NCBI GenBank assembly: GCA_976551045.1
Contig: CDPCPM010000063.1
Location: 13,206,001 to 13,270,000 of the forward strand
Source of the DNA: Glaucostegus cemiculus
Taxonomy: Eukaryota
DNA length: 64,000 nucleotides
Reading direction: 5' to 3'
The notes beneath the pieces were generated by a model, which did not search any database, was not told the DNA's origin, and saw nothing but the letters and a program-made list of their open reading frames with translations. The first letter of the stretch is position 1; each line of letters starts with the position of its first letter. Both the position numbers and the translations under genes were made by a program. Of the stretch, positions 36,098-49,172 are shown one piece after another.

Positions 36098-38670
36098 CAT
36101 AGAAAATGCTGGAAATACTCAGCAGGTCGGACAGCATCCAAAAAGGTCAATACTTTTTCCTAGTTCTGATGGCTTTAGAGGGCAGGGTATTGATAGAAGA
36201 GAAAGGATAGGGTGGGGACCAAGAGAGACTGTGTGACACAGAAGGTGTTGGTGCCAACTGAGATAGGGTGGTGAATGCTTGTTAATTGCAGCCAACATGC
36301 CTGGAGGCAAATAAACAGAAAGAGATCAAGAAGGACAAAGGAGAGAACAGAAACCACTGGAACTTTGAGACATACAACAATGCTTTTGAAGCAAATCTAA
36401 AATAAGACGAGAATACTTGAAATACCCAGTATCTATGAAGAGAGAAAAGCTGAGTTAAAGTTGCAGGTAGATGACTTTTCATCAGAACTGACCTGTTCTG
36501 ATCCAAACTGGAAAGATTGAGTTATGAGTTTGTTGCATTGTGCTTAGCCCCAAAAGACTCCATAACTGGTTAGATGATGAGATGCTATTCCTCAAGCTAA
36601 TATTGGAATATGTTGGAACAATTTAAGGGGCCAAGATAGAGATTCTTATGGAAAGAACAGAGGGGTTCTACAAAGAAGTCACCCAATTTGAGGTGGATTG
36701 CTCTGGTGAAGAGAAGACAACATTGTGAGCATTGAATGCAGTACACTACACTGCAAGTGCAGGCAAATCTCTGCTTTACCTGGAAGTGTTCGAGACCTCA
36801 GGTGGCAGGCAGGCAAGAGGGTGGGTACTGCAGCTTCCAAGGTTGCATGTGAAAATGCCATGAGTGAGCCTGGATGCCATGGTAGAAACTGTCTCTTTGG
36901 AATGCTAAAAGGGGAGGGGAAGGTACTCCTGGTGGAAGCAGAAATGATCCACTGAATGTGATGGGTGGAAGACAAAAATGAGAAGAATTAAGAGAAGAAA
37001 TGTGGGAATAAATGCAGTTGAGAGCTCCATCAATTATAGTACAGGAGTCATGGTGAAGGAAAAAAGACAGCATCTCAGAAGCACTGGTGCAGAAGGTAGT
37101 GTCATTAGTACCAATACGATGGCACTGAAGGAATTTAAAAATGTAATGAATTCCTTACAAGAAACAGTGCGAGGGGTGAGGTGTGGTCAAGGTAGCTGCA
37201 GGAGACTGCGGGCTTGCAAGGGATATTACCCACGAGCCTGAGATTACCTAGAGATTATAATCTCTGTCTCATAATTTATAAAGAAATCAATAAAGGTCAC
37301 GTGAAGGTGATTCCAGGGCGCAAAAGTGATGGAACTTCTGAGTTTTGTATGTGAGCAGGAAGAGTAATCAATACAGTCAATGTACTAGGGGAAAAAAGGC
37401 AAGAAGAAATTGAAACAAGGTCTGTTCCACATATTAGATGAAGGAAAAGGTACAGCTTTGACATGTGCACGTTCTCATAGATGCACCCTTGGTTTGAAGG
37501 AAATGTGTGGAGGTCAAGAAGTTGTTTAATGTAAGAATGAGTTCAGTTCAGTCAGGCAAAGGAGGTTGGTGCTGGAATATTGATTACATTCTTGTTCAAG
37601 GAAGTTGCAAAGGGTCCTCAGGCTATCAGGGTGTAGGGTGGAGGTGTAGTAGGATTGGCCAACCATGGCAAAAGTAAACCTGTTGGCTCCAGGACACTAG
37701 AAATTATTAAAAATTGTAGAGGGCATCAGAAGTTTCACAGATGCAAGTGGGAAGAGACTGGAAAAGGGGACAAAGAGTCAAGGTATGAAAAATAAGTTCT
37801 AGAAAACAAAAGTAGATTGAAACAAAGGATGTCAGGATAATTTTTACTTTTGTATCTTGGGGAGGAAGTAGAAGTGGGTTGTGCTTGGTCAGGAGATCAA
37901 AAGGCTATGGATGGAAGATCTCCAGAGGAAACAAGGTCAGTGACCATCTGGGAAGCAATGAACTAGAAAAGGGATGAGAAAGTGTTAGAGAGCTGATGTT
38001 GGCGACAGTTTTAAGATAATGCTGGCATTAAGAGAAACCAAGTGCAAACATCTGTTTGGTCCACAAGGGCGACCTTAGCTTCCTGTTACCTGTCCTTTGA
38101 ACACTCCATACCACTGCCAGCTCTGCCTTTGGCATCCAAAGCTCAATGTACGCTTGAGGATCATCTCCTAGATTCTTCTGATTAGGGATGTTACAGCCTT
38201 AAGGATTCTACATTGAATTTAACAACCTTGGATAATCAGTCATTCCAATCTGTATCAGAACCTTTAATCAGAATTGGCCGTTTATCTATCTATAACACTT
38301 ATTCCCACCCCCCCACAGATGCTGCTTGAATGTTACTAATTCTTTTATTTCCAATAACTGCAGTCATTTGTATGTCAGTTCCATCACTTTTTTTCCTTCC
38401 CCAGCTTCATATATCTATTTTCATTTCCTCCAAATAGTTCAATTGCAATTAGGAAGCCTTCACCACTCTCTCTTAACTGGTACCAAAACCATTTGTTTCA
38501 AGTCTTTCAGTTTCCCATCCTATCGGAAACATTCCCTTCATCCTCCTTTACAACTTAAAATAGGTTTGATTTTTAACTTTTCCCATTTCTGATGCAAGTC
38601 ATTGGCCTACTGTTTCTTGCGATGCAGATGCTGCCTCACCAGCTGAGTAATACTAGCATGTTCTATTTCA
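36098..38670 (-). mobile_element. Penelope-like element (GIY-YIG + RT, decayed) with an inverted 3' pLTR segment at 38030-38670
   Basis: The minus strand at ~36680-36790 reads HFQVKQRFACTCSVVYCIQCSQCCLLF...KLG, the PLE GIY-YIG region. Plus-strand 38060-38230 has remnants of LPV...LEDHL...LGMLQP.G...EFN, the PLE C-terminus. Hammerhead-type tails are at both ends. Confidence 0.75.
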
Positions 38671-40199
38671 TATTTATTGTATCTACTCTCATAATCTCAA
38701 TCCAAGTACAAATGGGAGAATATTACATATTTGTTCCCTAGTACTGGATAGAAATAAAGAGAAAATAGAACAAATGTATTCAATGACAAACATAACAGAT
38801 GATATTGGACAATTTCAGAACCCATCACCACCTGCCAATGCAAATGCTCGATCAAATCCCATTTATACAACTATTGGAAATGATCTCACTTCTTGAATTA
38901 GTCAGGCTTAAAAGACTGCTTTGGTGTTAATATTTTCCTTACATAGATTAAAAAATTCTTTACACTAATGTATGTAAAATCATCATTGTAGGTACTATTA
39001 GATATTTCTAACAAGCTCTAAACTAGTTAAAAATAATTTGAGAACAGTATACCTAACTAACTTGGAAACAGGGTCAAGTAATTTCAATTACCTTCAAATA
39101 CCTATGCTTTTAAAACAATCCTCATTTTTGCAGCTGGAATCTGTGCATCAGTCCGTTCTCAGCATCTATCAGATACAATGCCACCAAGCAGAGAGTGACT
39201 TTACAAGTGTCCTGCCAAGATAAAGCTATAATCAACATCTTAAAGATGATGAAGTACAATCTACCCCATGGCATTCAACAAGATGTGACTGTGGTTAGCA
39301 ACAACATCAATCTTTCTGTCTACTTTCAAACCTCACACAAGTCATTAGATCTCATTGAAGTCTACAAGAATGAAATTATAAAACAAATGCTAGAAAATGT
39401 GTCAAACCATGGGTACGAGTACAACCACCTCTTCAAGAAGCAGCTGTACTTCATGTTGGTGGGTCCCAAAAATATCAAAGAATGCCTCAAGAGAATGTGT
39501 CTGAATGATAAAGCAACTGAGACTACTGATCTCTAAAAGGAAAAATAAAAAACTCAATTGAAGTTAGTGCTTCAGAAAATTTCTGCAGTAAAATGGATGG
39601 ACTCTTCTGTCATCAATTCATCCTACTCCTCCTTTGCATTACAACTTCTTGCCACAGGGAAGCCCACTGCTAACTTTCTTGTAGTCTGTTGCTCATGTTC
39701 CCCAATTTGGAACGTCATAGCATTTTTATATTAATATTACAAAAACTGTTTAAAATATACTGGAAAATTCAACTTACATTGTTATAAGATTGTTATTTTA
39801 TTTTCAATAAAGTAATAGGATTTCAAGAACTTATAAACTGTCTCACAAATTTGTGTTTATATAAATGATCCAGTTAAATTTTGAAATCTTGACTTAGTCA
39901 TCTTTTTTCCTCAAAAATAGTTAATAAAAGGTTATGTTACTCTAAAACTTAATATGCAAGTCTATAATGATCACCAGAAGGTCCTTTATTTTAGTATTTT
40001 TAACTAACACCATCCGAGTTCACAATACTCAATAAAATAGCCCATTTCCAAGATGGTTCTTTAAAAGTGGTCTAGAAATAAAACTTGAATGTCTCTTTTG
40101 AACTCATATGCCATGATACATCATTAATTTGGTTTGCCTAGTCCATACAGGATGCAATATTATGCTTGTTACATGCTTGTCTAATTTTGCTTTTGCTTC

Positions 40200-40720
40200 T
40201 TCCGCTTTCATGTATGGTGTTCTTTGAGATTATTTTTAGTGTGGTTGGCTGCCAGTTTGTTGACATCATTGACAAAGGGAGCCATCTATAGAAACTACCC
40301 ATTGGCAACAAGCACTGGAAAAGGGGATGATCGTTATATTTTTTATGGACAGCTCCCAAGGCCAGATTTGAGATCCACTGCTTTACTACTGACTGCAAAT
40401 TCTGGGCCAATATTCACCTACTACATGACTCAGTCCTGTCTTTTCTCCAACCCCTACCCTAAGACGTACCTGGCAATGCCAAATCAAAGTTTATTACTTT
40501 GACTCAGGTACACAAGAGGCCAATACCCTTTAACCATCCATTGCAGTTTATGTTTACAGTTACCAAGCCTGTATGCTGAAAACTCCTTCCTAACAATCAC
40601 TGTCTCTGTACTGCATTCCCCATTCATAAGATTCTTGTCAACATCCCCCCCTCTTAAAAAAAATCCTAAAGCCTCCTGCTTTGGCTCTGTGCAACTCTGT
40701 CGATTAGGTCTGCAAAATAT
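40200..40720 (+). mobile_element. Old L2-like LINE 3' fragment
   Basis: Weak L2-type 3' landmarks (tcacctactacatgactcagtcctgtc..., ctcttaaaaaaaatcctaaagcctcctgcttt). Confidence 0.35.
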
Positions 40721-41394
40721 TTTAAGTTGAAGGCATTACAGCAGAGAAAATAAACTGGGCACATTTGCATTGAGACAGGTATAGAACAGAAAACATTAAA
40801 ACAGAGATTAGGTCTTGCCTGGGTCTTCTAAATTGTTTGCCACAAAACACCCTCCCAATCTCCAAGTACGAGTCAGAATGTCAAACAAGTAAAAACTTTT
40901 GAGGGTGGATGCTTGTTAAACTGCATTCATGCTGCATAAAGCAGAGCAACATACACTGCAGCTTTTTCTCAAGCTGACCAATCCCTGATGCATTTGGATC
41001 GTCGTACGAATAGTCAATTAATCCACAGCCTGTTTTACAACTATACAAGAATATGACATTTAAAAAGGAACAATAGTTAAAATTTGCCTGTGAACAGAGG
41101 AAACACACTGTTTTGAATGTCTTTAAATGGATAAAAATTCACAGATTATATCAAGGTTTAGAGAACCTGGAGAAACTTGTCAAATTTAATTGCATCTTTG
41201 ACACCAACAGAAATGTAGTGTGAAACAGTAGCATGTAAAAGAAATAAGCTATGAACTTTTAAAAATCAGAGCTTGATGAACAGCATTTAATATTGCTGCA
41301 CAGCCTTTTATTAGAATGTGCATCAATCAGGGTGGTTACTACATTTTAAGTAAATTAATCTCTGACAAATTGTAAACTGGAAAATAACTTTGTT

Positions 41395-41560
41395 CCAATG
41401 AACCTGCTTTTTACAACTTCTGGAGATCCCAAAACGCTTCACAACTAGCAAAATACTTCTGAATTATAGCCACTGTTTGTAAAGCTAGAAACACAGCAGC
41501 AAGTTGCTCACAGTAATACTGCAAACAGCAATGACGTAAATGGCCCTTATTGTGGGCAAG
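41395..41560 (-). mobile_element. DeuSINE-like fragment
   Basis: atcccaaaacgcttcacaactagcaaaatacttctgaattatagccactgtttgtaa...gcagcaagttgctcacag matches the 11630 copy. Confidence 0.55.
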
Positions 41561-43569
41561 GGATTCATGGAATATTCATTTTGGATTAATAAATTAAGAT
41601 TCAGAAGTTTAGACATGCAGATTATACTTCCAATTTCAAAATAAATGAGGCTGTAAAACCTGAAGAAATGATCATGAACATGCAAGCTGAGCTGGATGAA
41701 AGAAAACAGAGGTATGAAATACTGCACACAAAGTAAAATAAACATTAGATATATGTCATAAACAGCCAACACTTATAAGTGCAGATGTGGATTTGGACTC
41801 TGCACTCAATATGTCAAACCACTGAAAAGTAGGAATCACTGAACAAATAAAATAGAATATTGGTTAGGCCCTGCTTAGAGAATTATACAATGTTCTAATC
41901 AATAAATCACTATGTATGGAGACTATCATAAGACCAACTTCAAGCATTGGAAGAGACTGTCATGAGAACAGTAAATGACTTGGGGAAAATACATTTGAAA
42001 TCCCATTAGAGATTAAACTGTAATATTCGGCAAGTAATCACAGGGTCAGAGAAGAATTGAAGAGCTGCAGTTTTTAACTTAAAGATCAGAATTATTTGAA
42101 AGACTGAAATAATGAGATATCCCAAGGGCATAATATGTATAATGGTGTGGCAGATAGCAGACAGAGTCTATTACTTAGTGGCTTGGTAGCAATGACTGAG
42201 GTAGTTGAAACTAGCAAAACATTGTTATCAGGCTAGGTTTTCAGCAGATGGCAAGAATGCCAACGTGAAACATAACCATACCAAACCACATTCTTACCGA
42301 TGTTGCAGATACATCTATCCACAGTGACTCTGATAGGCAGGGTCCATACAAAGCTCCATCTTTACACTGAGCATCATTAAAGCAAACTTAAATTACATCA
42401 TAAACTATACTGTCATGACTCAGCAAACCAATGACACCACCACTAAGCCAGAAGACTAACTCTGATCTAATGGTTTGAAAAGATCATGTGAGCAGCAGCA
42501 TCACCTAAAAATTAAGTGCTAACTGATGAAACTATAAACACCGATTAACTGTACACCAAATACCAAAAATAGCATACAATAGCAAAGAAAACTAAATTCC
42601 ACAACCAGAAGATTAACTTAATCTGCAGCCCTGAAACAGTCATCTTTAATGGTGCCCAAATAAATAATTTGCAGAAGGAAGCAGCTCCAACACTGAGCTC
42701 ACCCTCAATGATGGCAAAGCTCAGAAGATGCCCAAGGATGGATTGTTTTCAACCATTTTCAGGCAGACGTGCAAAAATGATAATGCATCTCCTCCTCCTA
42801 CTGAAGTTTCCACCAACACAGAAGCTACTATTCACACCACGTGAATTCAAACAAAGGCTGAGAGGATTGGATGCAAAGAAAGTTATGACAGCCAACAACA
42901 TCTCAATTGCTGTGCTGCGGAATGTTGAACACTGATCCAGTTTGTATTGCTCACAAAAAGGTCAAATTCAATAAGCTAACAAGCTCTCAATCTGCAAAGT
43001 GATGCCTACTCACCAATATTCTCCCTCGGTGATGCATAATTTGGGTTTTGTCAGGACCATTCAGCTACCTCATTATAGTGCTGGCCCAAACATGGACAAC
43101 AGCTCAACTCGTGTTTTTTTTTTATAAAACACTGCTGAATTTATAAATTACTGAAAAATGAACAAATAAAATCAGCAAAATAAAATGAAACTTGCCTTCC
43201 CCTGAATTTCTTCCCTGGAGCCCTACAACCCCCATTGAAGTCAAAGGAGTTGCTGGTCTCGTACCATGTCCAATAGCTCATCCCCCAGTACTTAATGGAA
43301 ACGAGTTCAAAGTAATAGACTTTGTGTGACTATGCATACAAGAAAGGATAAGACTTCTAGATTTTAAATTAGTAAATACCATTAGTTTTGGTTAGAACTT
43401 ATGGCATTTATTAGTGAATTCTGGGCTAAGTTTGCATCTATTTAGAGATTAGGAACTTAACTGCAAGCAGCAGCAGCAGCAAGAGAGTGGAGGCACCTGA
43501 CCCAGTGAGATTTTCTTTCCACTTCCATTTGCTTGGAGTTTTTAAACCATAGAAAGGAGGTAGGGTCTA

Positions 43570-44061
43570 GTGGAGCGGCTATCTATCGGAGTGGTCTACA
43601 GTAAAAGTGGGAATTTAGAGGCTTTGATTCAAGAGGCTTCAACAAGAAGAGGTTGAGGCAAAAGAACAGGCAAGGAAGGCAAGTTTGTCCTTTTATGATT
43701 GCTGCTTTGGTCTTAAGTTCTTTTAATACAGTGTAGGCAGGATGGCAGATATGGCAATGGAATGCTCCTCCTGTAGGATGTGGGAATTCAGGGAGATGGA
43801 TGGTATCATGGGCAAGAGTGATGAACTTAAAGCATGGATCAGTACATGGAACTATGATGTTGTGGCCACTACAGAGATTTGGTTGAGGGAGGGACAGAAA
43901 TGGGTGATCAATATACCAGGGTTTTGAAGTTTTAGATAGAAAGAGGGGTAAAAAGAGAGGTAGGAGTTGCAATACTAATTAGTTAATATATCAGCTGCAC
44001 TCTGGGGAGACATAATGGAGGGCTTGGATACAGAGTTACTATGTGGGAACTCAGGAATAGG
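43570..44061 (+). mobile_element. CR1 LINE host, 5' part (5' UTR, ORF1 start, deletion into the endonuclease)
   Basis: MAMECSSCRMWEFRE (ORF1 zinc-finger start) is fused directly to GKSDELKAWISTWNYDVVATTEIWL (endonuclease). It ends at WELRNRK. Confidence 0.85.
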
Positions 44062-46490
44062 AAGATCACAAGATCACAAGACAAGGGAGCAGAAGTAGGC
44101 CATTCAGCCCTTTGAGTCTGCTCCATGAGAAGAGGAGAAAAGGTAACATATCTATCCCCAATTTCCAGCCTTATCCCCATATCCCTTGATACCTTGATTA
44201 ATTAGGTACCTATCCAACTCCCCTTTAAATGCCCCCACTGACTGAGCCTCTACAGCTGTATGTGGCAGAGAATTCCACCACCCTCTGACTAAAGTAATTT
44301 CTCCTCATCTCTGTTTTAAACTGGTTCCCTCTGATTCTAAGTCTGTGCCCTCTAGTCTTGGACTCACCCACCAAGAGAAACAGCCTATCCACATCTACTC
44401 TATCCATTCCTTTCAACATTCTAAACACTTCTATGAGGTCCCCCCTCATTCTTCTGTACTCCAATGAGTACAGTCCAAGAGCCGATAAACGCTCATCATA
44501 GGTAAGCCCTTTCATACCAGGAATCATCCTTGTAAACCTCCTCTGAACCCTCTCCAACATCAGCACATCCCTTCTAAGGTGTGGGGCCCAAAACTGCACA
44601 CAGTATTCCAAATGAGGACGTACCAGTGCTCCATAGAGCCTCATCATCACTTCCTTACTTCTATACACTATACCTCGCGAAATGAACGCCAACATAGCAT
44701 TTGCTTTCTTTATCACCGATCTGACCTGGTGGTTGACTTTTAGGGTGTCCTGCACGAGTACCCCCAAGTCCCTTTGTACTTCTGTACTTCCAATTTTCTC
44801 CCCATCTAGATAATAATCTGCCCGTTCATTTCTTTTGCCAAAGTGCACTACAGCACATTTGTCAACATTGAATTTCATCTGCCATTTCTTTGCCCACTCA
44901 CCTAAACTATCCAAGTCTCTCTGCAACCTTCCTGCCTCTTCTATACTCCCTGCTCCACCGCCAATCTTGGTGTCATCCGCAAACTTAGCTACAAAACCAT
45001 TTACTCCATCATCCAAATCATTAATATATAAAGTGAAAAGTAGCAGGCCCAACACCAACCCTTGCGGGACACCACTAGTAACTGGTCGCCATCCAGAACA
45101 GGATCCTTTTATTCCTACCCGTTGCTTTCTGCCTACCAGCCAATGCTCGACCCATTTTAATATCCTTCCTGTAATTCCATGCGTACTCATCTTATTAATC
45201 AACCTCTGATGCGGCACCTTGTCGAAGGCCTTTTGAAAGTCTAAATACACAATGTCCACTGCCTCTCCATTATCCACCCTACCTGAGATTTCCTCAAAAA
45301 ACTCCAATAGGTTGGTCAGGCAAGATCTTCCCTTTACAAAACCATGCTGGCTTGGACCTATCCTGTCTTGAATCACCAGGTATTCCGTAACCTCATCCTT
45401 GAGGATCGATTCCAGTATCTTTCCCACTACTGACGTCAAACTAATTGGTCTGTAATTACCTTTATGCTGCCTCCCACCTTTCTTATACAGTGGAACTACA
45501 TTCGCTACTCTCCAGTCCTCCGGAACCATGCCGGAGTCCATTGACTCCTGGAAAATAATCACTAATGGCTCTACAATCTCTAAAGCCACCTCCTTCAGAA
45601 ACCGAGGGTGTACCTCATCCGGTCCGGGTGACTTATCTGTCTTTAATCCACTTAGCTTCCTTAGCACCTTCTCCCTAGTAATCTCAACTGTGCTCAGTTC
45701 AATCCCCTGGAACTCGTCTATCTGGTATATTGCTGGTATCTTCCACAGTGAAGACCGATGCAAAATACTTATTTAGTTCCTCTGCCATCTCTGTATCTTC
45801 TAGTATAATCTCTCCCACACCATTTTCAATTGGTCCTATATCAACCCGTGTCTCTCTTTTACACCTCATATTTTAAAAAAACTTTTAGTATCTGTTTGAA
45901 TGTTATCTGCCAATTTCCTTTTGTAATTCATCTTTTCTTTCCTAATGACCTTCTTAGCTTCTTTCTGCAGGTTTTTAAATGTTTCCCAATCCTCAGTTTC
46001 CCCACTTATTTTTGCTACCTTGTAGGCCCTCCCTTTTGCTCTTATCTTAGCCTTAACCTCTCTCGTTACCCACATGTGTGCCTTTTTTCCATTCAGAACT
46101 TTCTTTTTTCTTGGAACATACCTATCCTGCACCTTCCTTATTTCTTGTAAAAACTTTATCTATTTTTGCTCCACCGTCCCACCTGCTAGCTTACTCATCC
46201 AATCGATTTGAGACAGTTCCTCTCTCATACTGCTGTAGTTTCCCTTGTTCCATTGCAATATATGTCACCAGTTATGAGCCTCTCCTTTTCAAATTTGACT
46301 CCAAACTCAATCATATTGTGATCACTGGTTCCTAATGGTTCCATTACTTTTAGCTCCCTAATCAGCTCTGGTTCATTGCACAGTACTCAATCCAAAATGG
46401 CTGATCCCCTGGTGGGTTCATCTACAAGTTGCTCCAAAAAGCCATCTTGTAGACATTCTACAAACTCAGTTTCCTGCGATCCACCTCCTC
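44062..46490 (-). mobile_element. Young 5'-truncated CR1 LINE with an open 512-aa RT frame, nested in another CR1
   Basis: ORF 44225..45763 carries KSPGPDEVHP, NYRPISLTS, YLDFQKAFDKVPH, GVPQG, KFADDTK and [11 protein letters not shown]. The tail repeat aagatcac(aagatcac) is at 44062. Confidence 0.96.
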
Positions 46491-48354
46491 GCAATCACTC
46501 TTGGGGGTGTACTATAGACCTCCCAATAGCCACCCGGACATTGAGGAGCAGATATGCAGACAGATTATAGAAATGTTTAAAAATTACAGGGTTGTGGTCA
46601 TGGGAGACTTCAACTTCCCTGATACAAGGTGTATAGATAAGGCAGAATTTGTGAGGTGTATCCAGGAGGGGTTCTTAAATCAATAGGTTTGACAGTCCAA
46701 GGGGAGAGGCTATTCTGGATTTGGTGTTGGGTAATGAGCCTGACCAGGTGACTCACCTATCAGTGGGTGAGCAATTGGGGAACAATGACCACAGTTCATT
46801 TACTTTCAGGATAGCTATAGATAAGGATAGGTATGGAGCTAGTGGGAGGGTTTTAAATTGGAGCAGGGCTATTATGAAAGCATAAGGCGGGAACTCAGTA
46901 GAGTAAACTGGGGACACCTTTTTGCTGGCAAGTCCATGTCAAGCATGTGAAAGGTGTTCAAGGATCAAATACATAGGGTACAGGATAGGTATGTACCAAT
47001 TAGAATGAAGGACATGAATGGGAAAATAAGGGAACCTTGGATGTCCAGAGGTAATGAACTTAGTAAAGAATAAAAAGGACAAGAATGTAGAGCTTTGGAA
47101 GTTAGGATCAGACAGAGCACATGAGGATTATAAAGAGGCTAGAGATGAACTCAAGAAAGGAATTAGGAAAGCCAGGAGGGGCCAGGAAAAGTCCTTAGCA
47201 AGTAGGATTGCGAAGAATCCAAAGGCATTCTATACCTATGTCAGGAATAAGAGGATAAGGAGGGAAAGGGTAGGACCACTTAAGGATAAAGAAGGGAATC
47301 TATGTTTGGATACAGAGGATGTGGGTGAGGGTTCTGAATGAGTATTTCTCTTCAGTACTTACCCAGGAAAGGGACATGCAGGACGCAGAAATTGGAATTG
47401 AGGGCAGAAACATGTTAGGGCATTTAGAGGTCAAGGAAGAGTAGTGTTAGGTCTCCGAAACAGTATTAAGGTGGATCAATAGCAGGATTGGTGGAGCTAT
47501 AAATAGTGTAGAAGACTGGCAACAGATACCGTGTGACATAGATCAGTTGCCGATGTGAGCAGAGAAATGGCAGATGGAGTTTAACCTGGATAAATGTGAG
47601 GTGTTGCACCTTAGTAAGACTAATGTTAAGAGGCAGTACACTCTAAGGGGCAAGACCATTAACAGTGATGAAGAGCAGAGAGAGCTTAGGGTGCATGACT
47701 TATTGAAAGTGGCTACACAGGTAGATAGGGTGGTTAAGGTGGCCTAAGGAATGCTTACATTTGTTAATAGAGGTATAGAGTATAAGAGTCAAGTTACAAT
47801 GCATCTCTCTAGAACTCTGGTTAGGCAAAATTTGGAGTATTGCATACAATTCTGGACACCTCATTATAGGAAGGATGTCGAGGCTTCAGAGAAGGTGCAG
47901 AGGAGGTTTACTAGGAATGCTGCCTGGATTAGGGGGCATGTGCTATCAAGAGAGGCTGGGCAAACTTAGGCTTTTTTCTTTGGAGCAGTGGAGGCTAAGG
48001 GGTGATCTGTTGGAAGTGTATAAAATTATGAGGGGCATAGATGGATATTGCTTGTTCACCTTTTTCCCCCCATTATTGAGTAATCCAATACCAGAAGGCA
48101 TACATTTAAGGCGAGAGGAGGTAAGTTCAGAACAGACTCGAGGACTACGTTTGTTTTACTGAGAGTAGTAGATGCTTGGAATGTGTTGACTGATAGGGTG
48201 GTGGAGGCAAATTCATTGGGGGGTTTTAAGAGGGGCTTGGATAGGCACATGAGAGGAAACTAGAAGGGCATGGGCATTCTGTAGGTAGGAGGGATTAGCT
48301 ATGTTGGCACAACATTGTGGGCTGAAGGGCCTGTTTCTGTGCTGTACTGTTCTA
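46491..48354 (+). mobile_element. CR1 LINE host, 3' part (RT core deleted at ~47480)
   Basis: It resumes the endonuclease at GVYYRPPNSHPDIEEQI..VVMGDFNFPD and later reads RQNLEYCIQFWTPHY. Tail gggctgaagggcctgtttctgtgctgtactgttct. Confidence 0.92.
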
Positions 48355-48499
48355 CAAATCTTCTTGCTGGATTAGGCTCTGAGCAGCTCTCTGGGGTTTT
48401 GACCCTGTTTCCATAGATAGGTGCTCATCAATACAAATTTGCATGTAAAGCTTTAATTTTAATCAATGTGTATGCTCATACAAATATACAACAAAAAGA

Positions 48500-48960
48500 T
48501 GATGCAATCTATGGAGTTACTAAAGGATCCATTAACAGGCCCTGGTATTTTTCATCTATTTCTGCCCTGGGGTTGTTATCTGAAAGCAAGCCAGGTTCCT
48601 GATACCTGCTGATGTCATCCATCTCACTGTCCATCTTCATCACTCCATAATCTATCAGAGCATGCTCACCTGCTATGTTCAATTTCCTTTCGTGAATTTC
48701 ATTCAGAGACCATGTCTCTACTCCATACATGAGAATGCCTTGATGACTTCCTCTTTAGCTTCACTTATGCTCTCTTATTTAATAAACTTGTTATCAATTT
48801 GCCTTGGAATTCAGTGCTTCGAGTTTTGGGTTTGTGTTGTAATGGCGGTGGTTGCAAGCCTTCAACTCCTTGGGATTCTAAGTTCCATAACTTTCTCCAT
48901 GAGCCTCTCCATCTCTCTATATCTTTATAGCTCTTTCACTAAATATCCCAAGATTTCCAT
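48500..48960 (-). mobile_element. Decayed RTE-clade LINE fragment
   Basis: MYGVETWSL...ERKL resembles the RTE C-terminal LYGxETW motif. Confidence 0.5.
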
Positions 48961-49133
48961 CTGATTTGGTATCACATTTCAGCAATACTGCTGTGAAATA
49001 TCTTGGGCAATCTCCTTGCTCAGTGGCGCTATATAAATACAAATTGTCAAAACGCAATTAGGTAACATCTAGCAACATACACAACCCAAAAGAATTAAAA
49101 AGTAAATTTCTCTCCTTGGTCCCAGCTGCTCAG

Positions 49134-49172
49134 CAGTTTTGATGAAGGACTGCAGACCCGAAATGTTGACTG
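49134..49172 (+). ncRNA. Degenerate minimal type I hammerhead ribozyme motif in a Penelope-derived short repeat (repeat extends to ~49240)
   Basis: cagtt-TTGATGA-aggactgcagaccc-GAAA-tgtt-gactg. Stem I pairs (cagtt/gactg), the CUGANGA box has C>T, and the GAAA box is intact. Probably inactive. Confidence 0.6.

Noticed and set aside
44225-45763. 512-aa ORF as a host gene or a retron/DGR-like RT system
   Set aside because: It is an ordinary CR1 ORF2 fragment with a CR1 tail; it is 5'-truncated and has no accessory genes.
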